Assembly: GCA_030684775.1 (NCBI GenBank)
Contig: JAUXXW010000201.1
Span: 591-64,590, forward strand
Source of the DNA: Pseudomonadota bacterium
GTDB taxonomy: Bacteria > Pseudomonadota > Gammaproteobacteria > Burkholderiales > Thiobacillaceae
Direction: 5' to 3'
DNA: 64,000 nucleotides
Positions within the stretch are counted from its first letter, which is position 1; each line of letters opens with the position of its first letter. A program made the translations under genes and the position numbers. Positions 10,089-19,500 of the stretch are shown here, in pieces. The notes under the pieces are model-generated. The model made no database searches and had not been told where the DNA came from. It saw nothing but the letters and a program-made list of their open reading frames with translations.

Positions 10089-10961
10089 TCATTTGCCGCC
10101 TCGCGGCGACTTCATATAGCGGAAGAACTCGGAATTGGGTTGCAGCACCATCACGTCGCTCTTGCCGGAAAAGCTCTGCTTGTAGGCTTCCATGCTGCGA
10201 TAGAAAGCATAGAACTCGGCGTTCTTGCCGAATGCATCACCATAGATCGCGGCTGCGCGGCCATCGCCCGCACCCTTGACGCTCTGCGCATCGCGGTAGG
10301 CCTCGGCGATGATGACTTCGCGCTGCTTGTCGGCATCGGCACGAATTTTTTCCGCTTCGGCGGAACCGGTGGAACGCAATTCGTTGGCCACCCGCTTGCG
10401 CTCGGCTTCCATACGGCGATAGACCGACTCGCTGACTTCCGACGGCAGATCGACGCGCTTGACGCGCACATCCATGACCTCGACACCGAAACGACGGGCG
10501 TCGGCATCCGCCGACTTGCGCAGGGTTTCCATCACTTCATCGCGCTGGCCGGAAACCACGTCATGCACCGTGCGCTTGCCGAACTCGGCGCGCATGCCGT
10601 CGTTGACGGTCTGCGACAAACGGTTTTCGGCGCGCCGCTCATCACCCGCGAAGCTGACATAGAACGTGCGGATATCCTTGATGCGCCACTTGACGTAGTA
10701 ATCCACCAACACATTCTTCTTCTCGGAGGTGATGAAGCGCTCCGGATCGACGGCGTCCAGGGTCAGGATGCGGGTATCGAAGTAGCGGATGTTCTGCACC
10801 AGCGGCAACTTGAAGTAGAGGCCGGGCGCTTTCTTGATGTCGACCACTTCGCCCAACTGGAACACGATCGCCGCCTGCCGTTGATCCACGGTAAACATCG
10901 ATAGCGACAGGAAAAACAGGGCGACGACCAGGCCGACCACGATGACAGCGTGATTTTTCAT
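10089..10961 (-). CDS. hflC: Protease modulator HflC (SPFH/band 7)
   Basis: 290 aa with an N-terminal TM segment and an SPFH domain. Overlaps the hflK stop. Confidence 0.9.
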   Translation of the reverse strand: MKNHAVIVVGLVVALFFLSLSMFTVDQRQAAIVFQLGEVVDIKKAPGLYFKLPLVQNIRYFDTRILTLDAVDPERFITSEKKNVLVDYYVKWRIKDIRTFYVSFAGDERRAENRLSQTVNDGMRAEFGKRTVHDVVSGQRDEVMETLRKSADADARRFGVEVMDVRVKRVDLPSEVSESVYRRMEAERKRVANELRSTGSAEAEKIRADADKQREVIIAEAYRDAQSVKGAGDGRAAAIYGDAFGKNAEFYAFYRSMEAYKQSFSGKSDVMVLQPNSEFFRYMKSPRGGK

Positions 10962-12172
10962 GGCCGTACCTCCCGCTCACGACCGCGGAAGGCATCACGC
11001 GAACGCGACAAGTCTTCACCACGGTTGGACGTGCTGTCCTGACGTTGCGGCATCAGTTCGATCTGCTGCGGATTAGTCTGCGTCGGCTGGCCGCTTTGCG
11101 TCATGTTCATGAGTTTGTCCAGCGGCAGATAGAGCAGATTGCCGCCCGACTTGTCGTCCACCAGCACCTTGGTCGTATTGGAAAGAACCTGTTGCATGGT
11201 GTCCTGATACAGACGTTCACGGGTGACCTGCGGCGCCTTGGAATACTCGGCCAAAACCTGCTTGAAGCGGGACGCTTCACCCTCGGCCTGCGCTATCACG
11301 CGCTGCTTGTAGCCTTGCGCCTCTTCGGTGAGGCGGGCGGCGACACCGCGCGCTCTCGGAATGACATCGTTGGCGTAGGACTGGCCCTCGTTCTTGAAGC
11401 GTTCCAGATCCTGGCCGGCCTTCACCGCGTCGTCGAAGGAAGCCTGAACCTGTTCGGGCGGCTGCGCGTTCTGCATGTTCAGTTTGCTGACCGTGATACC
11501 AGTCTTGTAGCGATCGAGGATGTCCTGCATCAGCTTGGTGGCGCGCGCGGCGATGTCGGCGCGGCCTTCGTAAAGCACGTAGTCCATCTTGCTTTTTCCC
11601 ACAATCTCGCGCATCGCGGTCTCCGCCACCTGTTTCACCGCGTCGTCCGGAGAACGGTTGGCAAACAAATAGTCCTCCGGATCTTTCAGAAGATATTGCA
11701 CAGAGAATTGGAGGTCGACGATGTTCTCGTCGTCGGTGAGCATCAGCGCCTCGGACAGCACCTTGGCTTTCATGTTGTTCTGGTAACCCACTTCAACGGT
11801 ACGCACCTGTTCGACATTGACCTTTTCGACATTTTCCAGCGGCGTCGGCAAATGCCAGTTCGGGCCGGGCTGGGTGGTTTCGAGGTACTTGCCGAAACGC
11901 AGCACCACGCCGCGTTCACCGGCATCGACGATGTAGAAGCCGGAAGCCAGCCAGACCAGAAACGCCAAACCGATCAGCAGACCGGCACCACCGGGAATGT
12001 TGAATTCACGCCCGCCACCGATGCGCGGCGGCTCGTCGCCGGAATCGCCGCCTTTCTTGCCGAACAACTCGTTCAGACGGCGATTGAGGTTCTTCCAGAG
12101 CTCATCGAGATCCGGTGGGCCACCGGCATTTTTATTGCCGCCGCCACCCCATTGCGGGTCATTCCAGGCCAT
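10958..12172 (-). CDS. hflK: Protease modulator HflK (SPFH/band 7)
   Basis: I chose the start at MAWNDPQWGGGGNKNAGGPPDLDELW by similarity to E. coli HflK (MAWNQPG...GPPDLD). The ORF track start at 12364 is an upstream extension. Confidence 0.9.
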   Translation of the reverse strand: MAWNDPQWGGGGNKNAGGPPDLDELWKNLNRRLNELFGKKGGDSGDEPPRIGGGREFNIPGGAGLLIGLAFLVWLASGFYIVDAGERGVVLRFGKYLETTQPGPNWHLPTPLENVEKVNVEQVRTVEVGYQNNMKAKVLSEALMLTDDENIVDLQFSVQYLLKDPEDYLFANRSPDDAVKQVAETAMREIVGKSKMDYVLYEGRADIAARATKLMQDILDRYKTGITVSKLNMQNAQPPEQVQASFDDAVKAGQDLERFKNEGQSYANDVIPRARGVAARLTEEAQGYKQRVIAQAEGEASRFKQVLAEYSKAPQVTRERLYQDTMQQVLSNTTKVLVDDKSGGNLLYLPLDKLMNMTQSGQPTQTNPQQIELMPQRQDSTSNRGEDLSRSRDAFRGREREVRP

Positions 12173-13337
12173 CGATATTGGTTTCCACATAGCTTTGAGA
12201 AAGTTCGGCCTCTTGAGCCGCCAGTACTCTGGTTTCATGTTGTTGATCACGAGCAAATTCCGCGAGAACGCTCCGGAGCAATTCCACCCCATCGCCCGTC
12301 TTGGCCGAGAGCCAAACGGCGGCGATCTTACCATACTCATCCCGCGCCACTTGGGGCTCGGCATCGGTGAGGTCGACCTTGTTCATGATCTGGAATTGCG
12401 GCACCTGTTCCGTGCCGATTTCCTTCAGCACCTTCTCCACTTCGACGATCTGGCGCTCACGGTTCGGGCTGGCACTGTCGACCACATGCAACAAAAGATC
12501 GGCTTGGACGGCTTCTTCCAGGGTGGCATGAAAGGCGGAAATCAGGGAGTGCGGCAAGCGGGTGATGAAACCGACGGTATCCGACAGCACGATCTGTTGC
12601 CCGGCTTCCGGCAGCCAGAGCTTGCGGGTGGTGGTATCGAGGGTGGCGAACAACTGGTCGGCGGCAAAGGCGCTGGCATGGGTCAGGGTATTGAACAGGG
12701 TGGACTTCCCGGCATTGGTGTAACCCACCAGGGAAACCGACAAAACCCCACCGCGTTTCCGGCTGCGCCGCTGCAAGGCGCGGCTTTTCGCCAGTTTTTC
12801 CAGCTTCCCCTCGATGTTCTTGATCTTGGCCAGGATCATGCGGCGATCCAGTTCCAACTGGGATTCGCCGGGGCCGCCACGCATGCCGATGCCGCCTTTC
12901 TGGCGTTCCAGGTGAGTCCAGCCGCGCACCAGCCGGGTCGAGTAATGGCGCAGTTGCGCCAACTCCACCTGCAACTTGCCTTCGTTGCTGCGCGCGCGCA
13001 GGGCGAAGATTTCCAGGATCAGCGCGGTGCGGTCCAGCACCCGGCATTGCAGGCGCCGTTCCAGGTTGCGTTCCTGAACCGGGGAGAGTTCGTGATTGAA
13101 GATAATCAGGGAGGCGTCGGCCGCGCGGGCGGCATCGCCGATTTCATCCGCCTTGCCGGAGCCGGCGAACAACGCGGGATCAGGCCGTTTGCGCTTGCCT
13201 TCCACCACGCCGACCACGACCAAACCCGCGCTGCCGGCGAGCAGTTCAAGTTCGCTTAGACCCTCGGAGTAATCCTCTTTGCCGAAATCCAGGGAGGCCA
13301 GGATGACCGCCTGCCCATGCTCGGGACGCTCAAACAC
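12159..13337 (-). CDS. hflX: GTPase HflX
   Basis: 392 aa. G1 motif GYTNAGKST and DTVGF. Conserved hfq-hflX-hflK-hflC order. Confidence 0.92.
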   Translation of the reverse strand: MFERPEHGQAVILASLDFGKEDYSEGLSELELLAGSAGLVVVGVVEGKRKRPDPALFAGSGKADEIGDAARAADASLIIFNHELSPVQERNLERRLQCRVLDRTALILEIFALRARSNEGKLQVELAQLRHYSTRLVRGWTHLERQKGGIGMRGGPGESQLELDRRMILAKIKNIEGKLEKLAKSRALQRRSRKRGGVLSVSLVGYTNAGKSTLFNTLTHASAFAADQLFATLDTTTRKLWLPEAGQQIVLSDTVGFITRLPHSLISAFHATLEEAVQADLLLHVVDSASPNRERQIVEVEKVLKEIGTEQVPQFQIMNKVDLTDAEPQVARDEYGKIAAVWLSAKTGDGVELLRSVLAEFARDQQHETRVLAAQEAELSQSYVETNIDGLE

Positions 13338-13340
13338 GTA

Positions 13341-13583
13341 TCAGTCGGCTTCGCTGGCTGGGCCAGCACGTTGTACGGAAATCGGGCGAGCGGGTACCAC
13401 GGTGGAAATGGCGTGCTTGTAGACCATCTGGGTGACGGCATTTTTCAGCAGCACCACGTAGGGATCGAAGCTTTCGATGATGCCCTGGAGCTTGATGCCG
13501 TTGACCAGGTAGACCGAGACCTGAACTTGTTCCTGACGCAGCGCGTTGAGGAACGGGTCTTGTAATTGCTGCCCTTTGCTCAT
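13341..13583 (-). CDS. hfq: RNA chaperone Hfq
   Basis: [40 protein letters not shown] (Sm motifs), 80 aa. Confidence 0.95.
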   Translation of the reverse strand: MSKGQQLQDPFLNALRQEQVQVSVYLVNGIKLQGIIESFDPYVVLLKNAVTQMVYKHAISTVVPARPISVQRAGPASEAD

Positions 13584-13707
13584 GAAGAATCCTTTATATG
13601 AATAGGGGGTATTGCGGAGCAATACGAAAAAGAAGGCGAAACAGGACGCGGATTTTATCGGGTTTTATTTCCCCAGCCCGGATTTTCTTCGCGGCGGGGC
13701 GAAGCAG

Positions 13708-13805
13708 CTCACCTTGCTGATGCGGTTCGTACCTCACCACATCCTACGAGTGGACGTAGGATGTGGTGAGCGCAGCGAACCGCATCAACCACGCCACACC
13801 CTACG
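13708..13805. repeat. REP cluster, family C
   Basis: An inverted unit ...cctcaccacatcctac is followed by gtaggatgtggtgagcgcagcgaaccgcatcaaccac. Confidence 0.8.
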
Positions 13806-13884
13806 ATTCTTCCACCTGGGGCCGGCCGAAGCTCGGCAGGACGGGTTTCGCTATCGCTCAACCCACCCAACCCGCACTGCACGC

Positions 13885-15099
13885 TTACGCCACGCCCCAA
13901 TGCGGCGTGGCGATACCCTGGCCCAGGTCGGCCTCCACCAGGCGGCGGCGGGCTTCCAGCAACTTCTCGATCAGGGCCGGTTCGGCACGGCCATAAGCGT
14001 CGGCGTCGGGAACCCGCTTGACCACCACGCCCAGCAGTTCGGTGATGGCGTTGCCGATGGAGTTCTGGCTGATGGTGACGATGAGCTTGCCGGCATCGTT
14101 GCGGTAGATCAGTTGCTTGAAAGCCGGCTGCCAGCGGATCGAGTTCGCGTATTTGGCATCCTTGATGCAACGGTCGCGCACCATCTTCGCGGTCTTCAAC
14201 AGGCCATTGTTGAACTGCAACTTGTTCTCCACCAGCGCCGGGAAATAGATGTCGCGCGGCAGCGGCGCGTTGCGGGTGGAAACCTGGCCGAAGAAGGTGC
14301 GATAGAAGTCGATGAAGCCCTTCAGGAGGGTGTCGTACTCCTTCCAGAAGCGAACTTCCTTCAACGAATCGACGCCGCCGGTCACTTCCCAACTGGGCAG
14401 GCCCTGCGGGTAGCCGGTCAGCGCGATACGGCAGGAGCCGGATTGGCACGGGCGCAGGATTTGCAGATCGAGTTCGTCGAAAAACGCTTGGTAGACGTCA
14501 CGCATATAGGCCTGGAACAGCGAATGCTGGCCGCCATCGGTGAGGTTGGGGTTGCTGGCGTCGGCGATGGGCGCGTCGCGCAACTCGGCCTTGTTGAACA
14601 CGATGAAGTGGTTGTGCAGCATGCGGATGCTCGGCACCCCCGGCGAAGTCAGCGGCCAGGTCGCGTCCAGGCTCGCCTCGCCGGCCAGCACCAGGGTCGC
14701 GTCCGGGTCCGGATACTGCTCCAGCATGTATTCGATAATTACCTGATTCATCCGATTCCAGACGTTCTTCACCTGCTCCGGCACCTGGGTGCGGCGCACC
14801 GGGCGGCCGAGTGGATCGAGGATGGTTTGCGAGGTGTTGTAGATGATCGAGGTATCGAATTCGTTGCTGTGGCCCAGCGCCTTGCGATAGAGCAACAGCC
14901 CTTCCGGGTTCTGCAACAAGCCGTTGTTGTGCACCAGATCGTTGAGGTTCTCGGTGCTGTTGAAAAACTCGTTCGCCTTCATTCCCTCGGGAACATCGAG
15001 CGGAATCTGGCGAAATGGCGTAACGATCTCTCTGGGGCCGGAAAGCATGGGATACCTCGAAAAAGCGGGTGAAAACGGGATGTGAAGGTCGGGAATCAT
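13885..15099 (-). CDS. Hypothetical protein (about 404 aa), no confident family assignment
   Basis: Long ORF with coding-like composition. No signal peptide or TM segment is evident. Candidate starts are ATG 15099 (GAAGG 5 nt upstream), ATG 15048 (GAGG 6 nt upstream) and TTG 15159. It interrupts the otherwise conserved der-hfq adjacency and looks slightly lower in GC than its neighbours. Confidence 0.55.
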   Translation of the reverse strand: MIPDLHIPFSPAFSRYPMLSGPREIVTPFRQIPLDVPEGMKANEFFNSTENLNDLVHNNGLLQNPEGLLLYRKALGHSNEFDTSIIYNTSQTILDPLGRPVRRTQVPEQVKNVWNRMNQVIIEYMLEQYPDPDATLVLAGEASLDATWPLTSPGVPSIRMLHNHFIVFNKAELRDAPIADASNPNLTDGGQHSLFQAYMRDVYQAFFDELDLQILRPCQSGSCRIALTGYPQGLPSWEVTGGVDSLKEVRFWKEYDTLLKGFIDFYRTFFGQVSTRNAPLPRDIYFPALVENKLQFNNGLLKTAKMVRDRCIKDAKYANSIRWQPAFKQLIYRNDAGKLIVTISQNSIGNAITELLGVVVKRVPDADAYGRAEPALIEKLLEARRRLVEADLGQGIATPHWGVA

Positions 15100-15223
15100 A
15101 GCCGCCTTCGGCTTGCTGTTGGTCAGGTTGCCGAAGCCGAACCGACGATCCACGCGCAAATCACCACCCGCGCATCATCCCGCGAATGCCCGTGCAAACG
15201 TAGCCCGTCACCCGACCCACCCA

Positions 15224-16624
15224 CTATTTCTTGAACGTTTTGTTGCGCCGCTTGGCGTCGCGTTCGGCGGTGCGGATCTGGCGCGGGGTGAGGGGGTTGG
15301 GATTGCGCGCTTCGAACGGGTTGTGGCCGGATTTGAAGTCCACCCGCAGCGGCGTGCCTTGCAGATTGAACACGGTGCGGAAAGTGTTTTCCAGGTAACG
15401 CTTGTAACTGTCGGTGATGCCTTCCAGGTGGTTGCCGTGGATGATGATGACCGGCGGGTTGCTGCCGCCCTGGTGGGCATACTTGGGCTTGGGTCGGAAC
15501 AGGCCGGAACGACCGGGTTGTTGCTGGGAAACGGCATCTTGCAGAACACGGGTGAGGCGCGGCGTGGGAAGCTTGGCCATGGCCGCCGCGTAGGCTTCGT
15601 CGACCGACTTGATAAGGCCACCCACCCCGTCGCCCCTGAGCGCGGAGATGAAGTGAAAACGGGCGAAAGAGAGAAATTCCAGGCGCCGAGTGAGTTCCTG
15701 CTTGATCTGATCACGCGAGTAGTTGTCCATGCCATCCCACTTGTTCACAGCCACCACCAGGGCGCGCCCGGCTTCCAGGACGAAGCCGGCGAGGTGGGCA
15801 TCCTGATCGGAGATTTCCTGCTGGGCATCGAGCACCAGGATGACGACGTTGGCGTCCTCGATGGCTTGCAGGGTCTTGATCACGGAGAACTTTTCGACGA
15901 CCTCGGTCACCCGCCCCTTGCGCCGCACCCCGGCGGTGTCGATCAGGGTGTAGGGCTTGCCGTTGCGTTCGAAGTCGACGTAGATGGAATCACGCGTGGT
16001 GCCCGGCTGGTCGAAGGCGATGACGCGCTCCTCGCCGACGAAGGTGTTCACCAGCGTGGACTTGCCGACGTTGGGGCGGCCGATGATGGCGATCTTGGGA
16101 TGGTCCGCGTCGGCGCCCTCATCCGGATCGACTTCGAACGACTCCAGCGCCAAATCCACCAGATCACGCACCCCTTCGCCGTGGGCGCTGGAAATCGACA
16201 CCGGCTCACCCAGGCCGAGTTCGAAGAATTCGGCGCTGACCACGCTGCGATTCATGCCCTCGGTCTTGTTCACCGCCAGGAACACCGGCCGCCCGCTGCG
16301 ACGCAATTTCTCGGAAATGATCAAATCCTGCGGCGTGACGCCGGCGCGGCCATCAACCAGGAAAACGACCACATCGCCCTCCGCCACCGCCTGCATGGTC
16401 TGCTTGGCCATCGCGGCAAGGATGCCGGTTTCCACCACCGGCTCGAAGCCGCCTGTATCCACCACCAGAAACGGCTTGGAGCCGCTACGGCCATGACCGT
16501 AATGGCGGTCGCGAGTAAGGCCGGGAAGATCATGAACGAGCGCGTCGCGCGTCTTGGTCAGACGATTGAACAACGTGGATTTGCCGACATTGGGACGGCC
16601 GACCAGGACTAGGGTGGGTTTCAT
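15224..16624 (-). CDS. der: Ribosome-associated GTPase Der (EngA)
   Basis: 466 aa with two GTPase domains (GRPNVGKST twice) and a basic C-terminal KH-like tail. Confidence 0.95.
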   Translation of the reverse strand: MKPTLVLVGRPNVGKSTLFNRLTKTRDALVHDLPGLTRDRHYGHGRSGSKPFLVVDTGGFEPVVETGILAAMAKQTMQAVAEGDVVVFLVDGRAGVTPQDLIISEKLRRSGRPVFLAVNKTEGMNRSVVSAEFFELGLGEPVSISSAHGEGVRDLVDLALESFEVDPDEGADADHPKIAIIGRPNVGKSTLVNTFVGEERVIAFDQPGTTRDSIYVDFERNGKPYTLIDTAGVRRKGRVTEVVEKFSVIKTLQAIEDANVVILVLDAQQEISDQDAHLAGFVLEAGRALVVAVNKWDGMDNYSRDQIKQELTRRLEFLSFARFHFISALRGDGVGGLIKSVDEAYAAAMAKLPTPRLTRVLQDAVSQQQPGRSGLFRPKPKYAHQGGSNPPVIIIHGNHLEGITDSYKRYLENTFRTVFNLQGTPLRVDFKSGHNPFEARNPNPLTPRQIRTAERDAKRRNKTFKK

Positions 16625-16688
16625 TTGGGGGACAAGTAAGAAGTAAAAACAGAGGAGAAATTCAACTGTAGTGAATTACGGAAACACC

Positions 16689-16719
16689 GTAGCCCGGATG
16701 CAGCGCAGCGGAATCCGGG
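16689..16719. repeat. REP unit (family D: GTAGCCCGGATGCAGCGCAGCGGAATCCGGG)
   Basis: Palindrome cccggat...atccggg with a GTAG head, downstream of the small ORF and upstream of der. Confidence 0.7.
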
Positions 16720-16759
16720 AAAATGGCACGCAACCACAAACCAGGACGCGGCAATTACC

Positions 16760-17005
16760 TCACTCAACAACAATATGATTTGCATGTTCCTGAAACCACG
16801 CTTGCCGCTTGCGTTCTTTCTCCGCGTCCATCGCATCGAAGAAGGCTTGTGTACCGCGAAATACGCCGCGTGGCTGGAAATCCGGCACGCCGGGCAGGCG
16901 CGTCATGGTGTCGAGGCGCGCGCCTCGTTCCAGGGCTTCTTGCGGACTCGCGGCGAATTCATGCCAATGGCGGTTGCCGACTTGGCGGGTCGAAACCTTA
17001 TCCAT
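16760..17005 (-). CDS. Hypothetical small protein (81 aa) overlapping the 3' end of the ParE-like toxin gene
   Basis: ATG 17005 lies inside ...ggctacctacATGGATAAggt. It overlaps the toxin stop TAA by 8 nt. Protein: MDKVSTRQVGNRHWHEF...PRGVFRGTQAFFDAMDAEKERKRQAWFQEH. No family recognised. Confidence 0.4.
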   Translation of the reverse strand: MDKVSTRQVGNRHWHEFAASPQEALERGARLDTMTRLPGVPDFQPRGVFRGTQAFFDAMDAEKERKRQAWFQEHANHIVVE

Positions 17006-17294
17006 GTAGGTAGCCTTGTTCTCGTTGATGCCGAACCGCCAGCACCAGCGCGGCGTCCGTTGCCACAACATAGCGGTAGAGCGCCAGGTATCCGTTGCGG
17101 CCATGTGAAATCACCAGTTCCCGGTAGCCTTCCTCGACTTTGCGGCCGACCAGAGGGTGGTCTTTCAAGATAGATAGGCCATGCATGAGGATGTCGCCGA
17201 TTTCCAGCGCGGCTTGCGGACTAGCCTCCAGGAGAAAACCGATGAGACGTTTCATGTCTTTGAGGGCGCCGGGAGAGAGAGCCAGTCGCGACAC
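16998..17294 (-). CDS. Type II toxin, RelE/ParE family
   Basis: 98 aa ending ...GYRELVISHGRNGYLALYRYVVATDAALVLAVRHQREQGY, the typical ParE signature. The GTG start is 3 nt after the antitoxin stop. Confidence 0.7.
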   Translation of the reverse strand: MSRLALSPGALKDMKRLIGFLLEASPQAALEIGDILMHGLSILKDHPLVGRKVEEGYRELVISHGRNGYLALYRYVVATDAALVLAVRHQREQGYLHG

Positions 17295-17297
17295 GAT

Positions 17298-17579
17298 TTA
17301 CAGCTTGACCGGCGTGGGGTGTTCAGCGTCGCGGCCTTCCAGCGTTGCGCGCAGGTAGCTGAACACTTCGTCGGCGTCGTAGACCATGCCGTATTGCGCG
17401 ACTTCCTGCTCGGCCTGTTTCGCGGCATCGACGAATTCGCGCCGCCTTTCCGCCAGTTCGGTTTGCGCTTGCAGCGCTTCGAGCATGAAAGCGTGGGGTG
17501 TTTTACCGACGTGTTCGGCGGCGTGGACGATGCGGGATTTGAGGGTGTCCGGCAGTTTCAAAGTGGTGGTGGTGGACAT
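17298..17579 (-). CDS. Type II antitoxin, ribbon-helix-helix (ParD/CopG-like)
   Basis: MSTTTTLKLPDTLKSRIVHAAEHVGKTPHAFMLEAL is an RHH-like N-terminus. SD GGAGA lies before ATG 17579. It sits immediately upstream of the ParE-like gene. Confidence 0.65.
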   Translation of the reverse strand: MSTTTTLKLPDTLKSRIVHAAEHVGKTPHAFMLEALQAQTELAERRREFVDAAKQAEQEVAQYGMVYDADEVFSYLRATLEGRDAEHPTPVKL

Positions 17580-17704
17580 GCTCGGTCTCCAATTACGAAG
17601 CGGTGTCACCAGGGTAGCACTGCGGGTTTTAGCGAACAAGAAGCGCCGGCGGGAGTTTGTCGGGTTCCCCCATTCGGGGACGATGACGGCGCGAAAAGAC
17701 GCGC

Positions 17705-17718
17705 CTAACCCGACCTAC
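17705..17718. repeat. REP half-unit, family A, overlapping the bamB stop codon
   Basis: ctaacccgacctac. The TAG stop of bamB is the TAG of the GTAGG head on the minus strand. Confidence 0.6.
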
Positions 17719-18866
17719 TGAATCTTGAACGCCATCACTCCGCCATTCGCGGTCTGAACGATCAGGCCGGATTTGAGTGGAATCATGACGCCCTTGATGG
17801 CGCTGCCGTCCGTGGAACTCCGGGCGGAGAAGGCGCCGTCTTCGGCGTTGACGAGATGAATCTGACCCTGGTAATCACCTACCGCGACATAGCGCCCGGC
17901 CACGGCGACCGGACTGGAGATGCCGCGGTTACGCAGCTTGTCCTGTTTCCAGGAGTTGCCGCCACGACTGCGCTCGTAGGCGAGTAGCGCGCTCTGATCG
18001 TCGCTGGCGAAGACGTAGCGGGCGTCCATGTCCACCCCGCGCGGGGAGGAAAGTTCGCGCGCCCAGGTTCCGTTTCCGGTGGCGCGGTCGACACAGGCGA
18101 TGCGGCCCTGGTAGGCGGCGCCGCACACCAACTGCTCATCCAGCGCCAACGGGCCGACCACATCGGCGATGCGTTCCAGTTCGGTGGTGCCGCGCGGCAG
18201 GGCTATATTGGCCTCCCACTGCGGTGCGCCGTTGACCAGCGAGAGCGCGCTCAACTTGCCGCCGGCATTGCCCGCGTAAAGTTCGCCGCCGGTGAGTACC
18301 AGATACCCTTGTTCGCGCAGGGTGAGGGTAGGCAGCGCGCGGCTGTTGGCCCAGCGCTGCTTGCCGTCCCCGGCCTCGAACAGGGCGATCCTGCCGTCGT
18401 TGCTGCGCGCGGCGACGACACCACCAGCCGCCACGGGCGGCACCAGGAGTTCGCCGGAGAGCCTGGCTTTCCAGGCGACGCCGCCATCGGCGGCCCTGTA
18501 GGCGAGCAGTTCGCCCTTGGGCGTGCCCACCAGCACCAGGCCTTCGCCGACACCGACGCCGGCCGAGAGCACTTGGCCGGCGTCGATGCGCCATAGTTCG
18601 CGGCCATTGGCGATATCCAGCTTGACTACCTTGCCGTCGTGGCCGGCGGCATAGACGGCATTGCCATCGGTTGCCGGCGAGAAATCATAGGGGCCTGAGG
18701 CGCCTACACGACCTTCCCACTGTCGGACCAGATTGGCCGTGGCCTTGAATTCGGTCAGTTCGGCCGGTTTGGCGGCGGGTTTGTCGGCGCTGAACCAGCC
18801 ACTGAACCAGGAGCAGCCGGATAGCGTGGTGGCAAGGGCGGCTAGCAATAGGGCACGTTTAAGCAC
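17715..18866 (-). CDS. bamB: Outer membrane protein assembly factor BamB (PQQ-like beta-propeller lipoprotein)
   Basis: The start is set at GTG 18866 (GGAGG 5 nt upstream), giving MLKRALLLAALATTLSGCS (lipobox). An alternative ATG at 18884 overlaps yfgM. Conserved position between yfgM and der. Confidence 0.85.
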   Translation of the reverse strand: MLKRALLLAALATTLSGCSWFSGWFSADKPAAKPAELTEFKATANLVRQWEGRVGASGPYDFSPATDGNAVYAAGHDGKVVKLDIANGRELWRIDAGQVLSAGVGVGEGLVLVGTPKGELLAYRAADGGVAWKARLSGELLVPPVAAGGVVAARSNDGRIALFEAGDGKQRWANSRALPTLTLREQGYLVLTGGELYAGNAGGKLSALSLVNGAPQWEANIALPRGTTELERIADVVGPLALDEQLVCGAAYQGRIACVDRATGNGTWARELSSPRGVDMDARYVFASDDQSALLAYERSRGGNSWKQDKLRNRGISSPVAVAGRYVAVGDYQGQIHLVNAEDGAFSARSSTDGSAIKGVMIPLKSGLIVQTANGGVMAFKIQ

Positions 18867-18867
18867 A

Positions 18868-19497
18868 TCAGCCTCCCAAGGCATCCAGCCGGATTTCCAG
18901 CAGGGGTTTCAGTGAACTCTTGTCGTCCAGTTTTCCCAGCGCCAGCTTGTAGGCGGCGCGAGCTTCTTCGGTCTTGCCCTGTTCGATCAGGACATCGCCC
19001 TTGAGTTGGGCGGCCAGTCCCTGGAAGGCGGGTTCGTAGGACTCGTTGAGCAGGGCCAGGGCGCCGGCATGGTCTTTTTCCTCGAACAGGATGCCGGCCA
19101 GACGGATACGCGCCAGTTGCTTGAGGCCGCCGTCCTTGGCGTGTTCCAGGGCGTATTCATACTGGGCGCGCGCGCTTTTCAGATCGCCGTTCTCGTAGTT
19201 GACACGACCGGCCAGCCAGGCTGCGGGCGTGGCATACGCGGTGCGCGCCTGGTTTTCCATGATCCGCGCGGTAACGCTCTTGGCGGACTTCAGGTCATTC
19301 AGGGAGGCGGCCTGCACCGCGGTGTCGAACAGCATGGAGGCCTCGGCGGCCTGATTGCGCTGCCAGGTTTCCCAGGCGCGCCAGCCGCCGACGATCACCA
19401 GAAAGGCGGTCACGCCGAGAATGACTTTCATGCCGTGTTGTTTCCACCACAACTTGAATTCGTCTATTTGTTCCTGTTCTTCCAGATCGAACGCCAT
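18868..19497 (-). CDS. YfgM-like TPR membrane protein (ancillary SecYEG subunit family)
   Basis: 209 aa with an acidic N-terminus, one TM segment (VILGVTAFLVIVGGW) and a TPR-like C-terminus. Conserved position after hisS. Confidence 0.75.
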   Translation of the reverse strand: MAFDLEEQEQIDEFKLWWKQHGMKVILGVTAFLVIVGGWRAWETWQRNQAAEASMLFDTAVQAASLNDLKSAKSVTARIMENQARTAYATPAAWLAGRVNYENGDLKSARAQYEYALEHAKDGGLKQLARIRLAGILFEEKDHAGALALLNESYEPAFQGLAAQLKGDVLIEQGKTEEARAAYKLALGKLDDKSSLKPLLEIRLDALGG

Positions 19498-19500
19498 TGT

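Noticed and set aside
14560-14600. HIT/GalT-like histidine motif (MLHNHFIVF) in the 404-aa orphan protein
   Set aside because: Only two of the expected histidines are present, with no supporting context. This is insufficient for a functional call.
11045-16612. Long plus-strand ORFs 11045..12370, 11997..13259, 13612..15072 and 15113..16612
   Set aside because: All are antisense shadows of hflK, hflX, the 404-aa gene and der. None has motifs or plausible starts.
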